Positions 18,192 to 24,000 of a stretch of 24,000 nt of DNA are shown here, one piece after another. The position numbers and the translations under genes are program-made. Positions within the stretch are counted from its first letter, which is position 1; each line of letters begins with the position of its first letter. Under the pieces are notes generated by a model. It saw only the letters and a program-made list of their open reading frames with translations. It was not told the origin of the DNA and made no database searches. The DNA is from Prochlorococcus sp. MIT 0603 (GTDB lineage: Bacteria > Cyanobacteriota > Cyanobacteriia > PCC-6307 > Cyanobiaceae): assembly GCF_047303175.1 (NCBI RefSeq), contig NZ_CP138945.1; one strand, written 5' to 3'.

Positions 18192-20639
18192 CTAATTGCT
18201 TTGGTCATTAGGATGCTCTTGCTGGATTAGTTCAATTGGTGCAAGCCTTGGATCAAGAATCTTTGGACTCATTCCATCAAATTTAATAGCAATTGATATT
18301 TTTTCTCCGCTCCCAAAAATATGAGTAATTTCTCCTTTGCCAAAGCTTGAATGAATAACTAAATCTCCTTTTGACCATGACTTGCCAGGAGCTGGACCGG
18401 AGTGACGACGTCTAATTGAATTCTTTGGTTCCTGCTCAGAGTCAATATGGGGTTTTGATGAATGTGGAGATCTGTCTAGACGGGTTAACCTCTCAAGGTG
18501 ATTGTCTTTTCTTAGAGCGGTCCCCCCTGAAAGTGGCAAGTCACCCTCAAGAAGTTCAGAGGGAATTTCGGAAAGGAATATTGACGCAACAGCAGGCTCT
18601 CTCATTCCGCCCCATAGTCTTCTTTCAGTAGCATGAAAGAGGCACAACTTTTCTTTTGCTCTAGTTAAGCCCACGTAACATAGCCTACGCTCTTCCTCTA
18701 AAGAAGCTGGTTCATTTAGAGAACGATAGCTTGGGAATAACCCTTGTTCCATTCCAACAAGACAAACCACTGGGAATTCAAGTCCCTTGCTACTATGCAA
18801 GGTCATTAGAGTCACCCGATCAACAGAGTTTTCTTTGTTGTCTGCATCACTGGCAAGAGCAGCAGTAGCTAGAAAACCCTCTAAGTCAGAGCCTTCATTC
18901 TCTTCTTGATATTGAAGAGCAGCATTTACTAGCTCCTGAAGGTTTCTCCTCCGTTCTTCAGCTTCATCAGTTGCCGTTGCAATTAGTTCTTTTAAATACC
19001 CACTTTTCTCTAAAACTAATTGAATGATTTCAGAAGGATCTAAGTTGTTTGCTTGTGCCTGCAAACTTTGAATTATTTCTCTAAAAGCCAATAATCCTTT
19101 AGAAGACCGTCCTCCTAGAGTGCGGATGGCTTCTGTGTCTGTAACTATTTCCCATAACGGAATACCCAATTGACCCGCTGCATCTGTAAATTTTTGAATA
19201 GTTGTTTTACCAATTCCTCTTTTGGGTACGTTGATAACTCTTAGCAAGCTTACGCTATCTGATGGATTAATTAGCAGTTTTAAATATGCCAAAACATCCT
19301 TTATTTCTCTCCTGTCATAAAAGCGTAAACCACCAACAACAATATATGGAATATTCCAACGCACTAAAGATTCTTCAATAACTCTTGATTGAGCATTAGT
19401 TCTATATAAAATTGCAATATCTCTCCAATTAATATTATTATTAGCTGCATCAATAATCCTTAGCCTATGAACTACAGCTTCTGCTTCAGATATTTCATCA
19501 TCACACTTTGTAAGCTTTATTAAGTCACCACTATTGCGCGTAGGTTTTAATACTTTATCGATCCTTTCTTTATTATTAGAGATTAATGAGTTTGCCGCTT
19601 CAAGTATATTTGAAGTGGACCTATAATTATCTTCAAGTTTGATAATGTTTGAGGAAGAATTATCAGTAACTGTGTTACTAAAGTCCTCTTGAAAACCCAT
19701 TAATATTCTGAAGTCAGCGGCTCTAAAGCTGTATATGCTTTGATCCGCATCTCCAACTACAAAAACAGAACGCTTTATCCACTTTTTAAAAAGAGAGGGC
19801 TCTTCTCCATTGGTAACTAATAATTTGATCAATTCATATTGAGTCCAGTTAGTATCCTGGTATTCATCTACTAATAAATGTTTGAACCTATTATGCCAAT
19901 ATTCTCTAACCTCTTTATTTTGCTGTAGTAGTTGTACAGGGAGTAAGAGAAGATCATCAAAGTCTAAAGCATTGTTAGCAGCAAGAGCCTTCCTGTAAAT
20001 ACTATAAACTTGGGCAGTTATCTTACCTATTTGGCCTTCAGCTTTTGCCATTAATTCAGTTGGAAGAATACCTTTGTTTTTTGCATTACTTATTGCCCAA
20101 CGAATCTTTTTAGGCTCAAATCTTTTGTGATCCAGTTGCATGTCCTGAGTCACTATTTCCTTTATTAAACTCTGAGCATCAGTTTCATCATAAATAGAGA
20201 AATGACGAGTCCATTTTAGTCCTTCGTTGTCTATGAACTTTTCAATGTCTAAGCGTAGTAATCTTGCAAATAATGCATGAAATGTTCCTATCCATAGATC
20301 TTTAGTTATTTCCCTGTAAATGCGATTGCGAAGTTGTCCTTGTATTGATATATGTAATGTTTCTAATGGTTGAGTGAATTCATTCTCAGAGAGCTTTTTA
20401 GTGAGTAATATCTCTAGCCTTTCTTTCATCTCCCTTGCAGCTTTATTTGTAAAAGTAACTGCAAGAATTTCTGTTGGATCAACGTTATAATCTGTTATTA
20501 AATGCGCTATCCTATGAGTTAAAGCCCTTGTTTTCCCACTTCCTGCACCGGCAACAACAAGCAATGGTCCTTCATAGTGATTTACTGCTTTAGATTGCTC
20601 TTCGTTAAGACCATTAAGGAAAGAAAGTGTATTGTTCAT
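18192..20639 (-). CDS. pcrA: ATP-dependent DNA helicase, UvrD/PcrA/Rep superfamily 1
   Basis: 815-aa ORF with Walker A AGAGSGKT, motif II VDEYQDTN, motifs YRS and TLMTLHSSKGLEF, and a VGLTRAK motif. The C-terminal segment resembles a Tudor-like domain (GDLVIHSSFGKGEITHI). Confidence 0.95.
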   Translation of the reverse strand: MNNTLSFLNGLNEEQSKAVNHYEGPLLVVAGAGSGKTRALTHRIAHLITDYNVDPTEILAVTFTNKAAREMKERLEILLTKKLSENEFTQPLETLHISIQGQLRNRIYREITKDLWIGTFHALFARLLRLDIEKFIDNEGLKWTRHFSIYDETDAQSLIKEIVTQDMQLDHKRFEPKKIRWAISNAKNKGILPTELMAKAEGQIGKITAQVYSIYRKALAANNALDFDDLLLLPVQLLQQNKEVREYWHNRFKHLLVDEYQDTNWTQYELIKLLVTNGEEPSLFKKWIKRSVFVVGDADQSIYSFRAADFRILMGFQEDFSNTVTDNSSSNIIKLEDNYRSTSNILEAANSLISNNKERIDKVLKPTRNSGDLIKLTKCDDEISEAEAVVHRLRIIDAANNNINWRDIAILYRTNAQSRVIEESLVRWNIPYIVVGGLRFYDRREIKDVLAYLKLLINPSDSVSLLRVINVPKRGIGKTTIQKFTDAAGQLGIPLWEIVTDTEAIRTLGGRSSKGLLAFREIIQSLQAQANNLDPSEIIQLVLEKSGYLKELIATATDEAEERRRNLQELVNAALQYQEENEGSDLEGFLATAALASDADNKENSVDRVTLMTLHSSKGLEFPVVCLVGMEQGLFPSYRSLNEPASLEEERRLCYVGLTRAKEKLCLFHATERRLWGGMREPAVASIFLSEIPSELLEGDLPLSGGTALRKDNHLERLTRLDRSPHSSKPHIDSEQEPKNSIRRRHSGPAPGKSWSKGDLVIHSSFGKGEITHIFGSGEKISIAIKFDGMSPKILDPRLAPIELIQQEHPNDQSN

Positions 20640-20672
20640 AATATTACTTTTTCTTGATAGATAGTTGAATAA

Positions 20673-20939
20673 TTAAGAATCAGTTAAATCTTGATTTGCA
20701 CCTAAGTTGTTATTTGGATTAGAAATCTTTTTTTGTTCATTTATTAGAACTTTAATTGCTTCGGCTATATTTTTTAATTCCAAATTTTCATTTATTGATG
20801 CTTGTATTTTTTCTTTTGATATCCGCAGTTTCTGCGACATAGTTGTAATTTCTTTCGTAAGCCTATTACTATAATTCCTCAATTCTTCTATGGAGTCATT
20901 GAGTTCCTTTTGAGATGCTTTCAAGGTTTCTTGAATCAA
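20673..20939 (-). CDS. Hypothetical small coiled-coil protein (88 codons, TTG start)
   Basis: This is the only long open frame in this 267-nt stretch of an AT-rich sequence where stop codons are frequent. The sequence is heptad-like and K/E/N/L/I-rich (SIEELRNYSNRLTKEITTMSQKLRISKEKIQASINENLELKNIAEAIKVLINEQKK) with a polar tail. I recognise no family. There is no ATG at the 5' end; it starts at TTG 20939, with an in-frame TAG four codons upstream and an internal ATG at codon 34. It lies 33 nt upstream of pcrA on the same strand. Confidence 0.45.
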   Translation of the reverse strand: MIQETLKASQKELNDSIEELRNYSNRLTKEITTMSQKLRISKEKIQASINENLELKNIAEAIKVLINEQKKISNPNNNLGANQDLTDS

Positions 20940-21162
20940 TGCAATAAAAGGCTAGCTTAAAATCCAGAGAACTTATTGATAATTGAGGTTCTTCTTGAAA
21001 TAGTTTGCCATCTTCAATAACTATAGAATGCTTCAGTTAAGAAGCGTTGCAGAGTGCCATCCCATCGCCTTATCTATGCTTCAAGTAGAGTTAAATTGGA
21101 TCTTAGTGCTTTTGCATACTAGGTAATGGGCACTTTGATCACATAACTTTCTGGCTTTTTAG

Positions 21163-21720
<558 letters not shown>

Positions 21721-21757
21721 TGGTGATTTTATGATTACCACATTTGTTTTTTATTTT

Positions 21758-21762
21758 GGAGG
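21758..21762 (+). promoter_or_regulatory. Shine-Dalgarno-like GGAGG upstream of cpeA
   Basis: GGAGG lies 9 nt upstream of the cpeA ATG (ttttGGAGGaatcggaaaATG). Few other genes in this window show such a clear SD. Confidence 0.55.
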
Positions 21763-21771
21763 AATCGGAAA

Positions 21772-22245
21772 ATGAAATCAGCAGTTACTACAGTAATTTC
21801 ATCGGCTGATGCGGCAGGTAGATTCCCTACTCTTAGCGACATCGAATCTGTTAAAGGATCTTTTGATAGAGCTTCTTCTCGATTAGAAGCAGCTGAAAAA
21901 CTTTCTATTCATATAGATAGATTTACTTCTGAGGCTTTAGATCATGTTTATTCTGGAGAAGGTGAATCGTATAATCAGGCAAATAAAGATAAATGCTCTC
22001 GAGATATTCATCATTATTTGCGACTGATTAATTACTGTTTAGTTACTGGTGGAACAGGTCCACTAGATGAATGGGGAATAGCTGGAATGCGTGAGGTAAT
22101 TCGAGCTCAGTTACTTCCAACTACAGCTTATATTGAGGCATTCACTTTTATTAGAGATAATTTAGATGTTCCTAATGATATGGGCCAACAGTCTGCGGCA
22201 GAGTTTAAGAACCTACTTGATTATTTGATAAATGCATTAGCTTGA
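21772..22245 (+). CDS. cpeA: Phycoerythrin alpha subunit (Prochlorococcus-type PE)
   Basis: 157-aa ORF. It starts MKSAVTTVISSADAAGRFP and has KDKCSRDIHHYLRLINYCLV, with the alpha-82-equivalent bilin Cys at residue 75. It lies 51 nt downstream of cpeB. Confidence 0.95.
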   Translation: MKSAVTTVISSADAAGRFPTLSDIESVKGSFDRASSRLEAAEKLSIHIDRFTSEALDHVYSGEGESYNQANKDKCSRDIHHYLRLINYCLVTGGTGPLDEWGIAGMREVIRAQLLPTTAYIEAFTFIRDNLDVPNDMGQQSAAEFKNLLDYLINALA

Positions 22246-22269
22246 TAAATAGTTCGAATATTTTTAGAA

Positions 22270-22884
22270 ATGTCAGATAAGGAGGAAATACCTTCCATAG
22301 ATAATATTTTTGTTGATTTTGTTCACCCAAATCCCAATATTAATCAACAAGCATTTTCAAATATGAAGAAATTTTGGCCAGAAGAGTCTATAGCCATATT
22401 GACAAAAAATTTAGATAGTAAAAATGTTGTGCTTAGGAGGAAATCTGTTAAGGCACTTGCTTCTTTTGGGAAAGCAATTGTAAAAGAGATTATTCAATTA
22501 TATTTTCTTAGCAAAGAGAATATTCAAAGAATTAGTTGCTTAAAAATCCTAACAATAGTTGCATCTTCAAATTCTCTTGATGATTTAAGAGAAGAAATCA
22601 AAAGCTTAATTGAAATTGCTATAAAGGACGATTCAGTTGAATCTATATTAATAACAGTTTCTTTGCTCAGGCAGCTTGGAAATCAATCTCTGCCATGCTT
22701 GAAATCATTATGTAGGGATAATAATGTATTAAGAGCAAAAGCTGCAATAACTGCATTATCTGAGATAACTGCATTATCTGAGATAACTGATCCTAGTATT
22801 AAGGATTTCCTTGTTATGATTGCAGATGATATATCTTTGGATTCAATTGTTAGAGAAAGTGCTTTGGATGTTCTAAATAAATGA
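22270..22884 (+). CDS. cpeZ: HEAT-repeat phycobilin lyase subunit, CpeZ-like
   Basis: 204-aa ORF made of HEAT-like repeats (NVVLRRKSVKALASFGKA, NVLRAKAAITALSEI, IVRESALDVLNK). It sits directly downstream of cpeBA. The size (~205 aa) and position match my recollection of CpeZ in PE clusters. Confidence 0.65.
   Translation: MSDKEEIPSIDNIFVDFVHPNPNINQQAFSNMKKFWPEESIAILTKNLDSKNVVLRRKSVKALASFGKAIVKEIIQLYFLSKENIQRISCLKILTIVASSNSLDDLREEIKSLIEIAIKDDSVESILITVSLLRQLGNQSLPCLKSLCRDNNVLRAKAAITALSEITALSEITDPSIKDFLVMIADDISLDSIVRESALDVLNK
22747..22789 (+). repeat. Perfect in-frame 18-bp tandem duplication (2 full copies + 7 nt) inside cpeZ
   Basis: ATAACTGCATTATCTGAG occurs twice in tandem and is followed by ATAACTG. 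It encodes ITALSE-ITALSE-IT. Confidence 0.95.
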
Positions 22885-22896
22885 TTATAAATATCA

Positions 22897-23802
22897 TTAT
22901 TTTGATTTAGACATGCCATCAAGATTTGATATGCATAGTTTGAGAATATTTTTCACATCTGTATCTTTTTCTTTTAAAAGTATATTATTCATGATGGCAA
23001 TATGATTGATTGCTTTTAATTTCATGAGAGTCAATGCAGACTGTCTTCTGATTTCCGGACTTGCTTCATTTAATTTTGAAGCTATAAGATTGATATCCCA
23101 TTCATGATCATTAAGGAATCCTATTAATTTAATAGCTTCTATCTGTACTTCTATTGAAGGATCATTTACAGCATCGCAGAGAATTTTTTTTGCCTCTTTA
23201 TCAGAAAATAATTGAATTTGGTCTCCTAGAGCAGCAATAGAAGATGCACGTACTTTCTTATTTGTTGAAAGAGCTGATCTTTTAAGCACTCTTCCTGCTC
23301 TTGCTCCAATAAAAGAAATCCCCCAGCTTGCAAGTCCGCATTGTAATTCAGAGGAATTTGGTTTCGCCAAAACTTCTATTAAAAGTTCTGCTGCTTCTTC
23401 CCCAAAGATTGCCATAGCTCCTACGGCTGAACCTTGTACTACTGGATCATGGTCATGAAGAAGTGCTTGCAGCAGGTCAGGTAAGGCAGATGGATCCCCA
23501 ATAAGTTTTAGTGTTTTAGCTGCTGCTCTTCTAACCGTTACATTGCAGCTATTCAGTAAGGCATATCGAAGTTCTGGCAAAGCAGACTTGCCAATCATGC
23601 CAAGACTTTCTGAAAAAGTTCGTCTTAGGAGGCCTCTCTTGTCTCCTAGACCAGTAACTAGTTTCTTGATTAAAATTGTATCTGTTTCAGGTTTTTCTCC
23701 ATCCCTTAGTTTTTTTTGCAATTCCAAAGCAAGCTCGGAAGCTTCTTCTTCGCTCAAATCAGTTCTTTCCGGAAATTTTTTTTGGCTATTGATTTCTTTC
23801 AA
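22897..23802 (-). CDS. cpeY: HEAT-repeat phycobilin lyase subunit, CpeY-like (short form)
   Basis: 301-aa ORF of PBS-lyase HEAT-like repeats (VTVRRAAAKTLKLIGDPSALPDLLQALLHDHDPVVQGSAVGAMA, KKVRASSIAALGD, EIRRQSALTLMKL). It converges on cpeZ with a 12-nt gap. The name is inferred from context and repeat type, not from an alignment. Confidence 0.6.
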   Translation of the reverse strand: MKEINSQKKFPERTDLSEEEASELALELQKKLRDGEKPETDTILIKKLVTGLGDKRGLLRRTFSESLGMIGKSALPELRYALLNSCNVTVRRAAAKTLKLIGDPSALPDLLQALLHDHDPVVQGSAVGAMAIFGEEAAELLIEVLAKPNSSELQCGLASWGISFIGARAGRVLKRSALSTNKKVRASSIAALGDQIQLFSDKEAKKILCDAVNDPSIEVQIEAIKLIGFLNDHEWDINLIASKLNEASPEIRRQSALTLMKLKAINHIAIMNNILLKEKDTDVKNILKLCISNLDGMSKSK

Positions 23803-23879
23803 TTGTTTTTATAAGTAGTGATCTATTAAAAATCTTAATTTTAATCATATATTTATACTTGGCCTGATTTCCTTAACTG

Positions 23880-24000
23880 ATGAACTTAGGGGCTTTTGAT
23901 ACTCTTCCAAAATTAAGCAAAAATGATGCTCTAAGTATTTTAAAAACCCCTTTACAAGATTTAAATCTATCTAGTGATTATTATAAAGCAGTTTTTCATC
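23880..24000 (+). CDS. Partial ORF (first 40 codons), possibly another HEAT-repeat lyase-like protein
   Basis: Manual translation from ATG 23880 gives MNLGAFDTLPKLSKNDALSILKTPLQDLNLSSDYYKAVFH..., open to the window end. The ...L..L.....SSDYYKAVF pattern resembles the N-terminal ...RYYAAWWLG motif of E/F-type PBS lyase-like proteins. It is too short to be sure. Confidence 0.35.
   Translation, partial: MNLGAFDTLPKLSKNDALSILKTPLQDLNLSSDYYKAVFH

Noticed and set aside
21028-21126. 32-codon ORF (MLQLRSVAECHPIALSMLQVELNWILVLLHTR) in the cpeB upstream spacer
   Set aside because: It is short, has no SD, and has no recognisable family. It is kept only as a possibility under the spacer finding and is not called as a gene.
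22277-22284. Perfect SD-like TAAGGAGG just after the annotated cpeZ ATG
   Set aside because: No in-frame start codon follows at a suitable distance; the next ATG is 31 codons downstream. The motif simply encodes Asp-Lys-Glu-Glu, so it is judged coincidental.
22880-22898. Hairpin AATGAT-N7-ATCATT spanning the cpeZ and cpeY-like stop codons, flanked by T-runs on both strands; also the A/T-only hairpin AAATAA-TAG-TTATTT at 3096-3110
   Set aside because: Their positions fit bidirectional terminators, but the stems are 6-7 bp with at most one G:C pair. They are too weak to call as intrinsic terminators from sequence alone.

Overview
The window is visibly AT-rich and tightly packed. I call 29 protein-coding genes on both strands. 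The spacers are mostly under 100 nt and some gene ends overlap. Gene content and order are hisB-fabI, chlD, ndhJ-K-C, rubA-ycf48-psbEFLJ, mtnP, a selD fusion, cca, pcrA/uvrD, then cpeB-cpeA-cpeZ and a cpeY-like gene. This is what I expect for a conserved core-genome segment of a marine picocyanobacterium. A complete phycoerythrin operon in such an AT-rich, streamlined context points to a low-light-adapted Prochlorococcus marinus, SS120/CCMP1375-like. That assignment is from memory of published gene order and could not be verified here. I see no tRNA or rRNA genes, CRISPR arrays, transposases, integrases, phage genes, or island boundaries. I do not find convincing evidence for a new multi-gene system, and the region looks like housekeeping and photosynthesis core. 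The most checkable oddities are listed here. (1) A 726-aa flavoprotein-SelD fusion whose start overlaps head-to-head with mtnP. (2) A Nudix hydrolase directly downstream of folK. (3) A membrane-anchored YvcK/CofD-like protein. (4) An MCE protein with a long helical tail, paired with an ATPase but no permease. (5) An orphan 88-codon coiled-coil ORF with a TTG start, plus the 232-nt spacer upstream of cpeB. (6) A reduced phycoerythrin with its matching lyase pair and a perfect 18-bp in-frame duplication in cpeZ. (7) An N-terminally extended PsbJ. Three genes missing from the ORF track were found by manual translation: psbF, psbL and the truncated hisB. A partial ORF at the right edge was found the same way.
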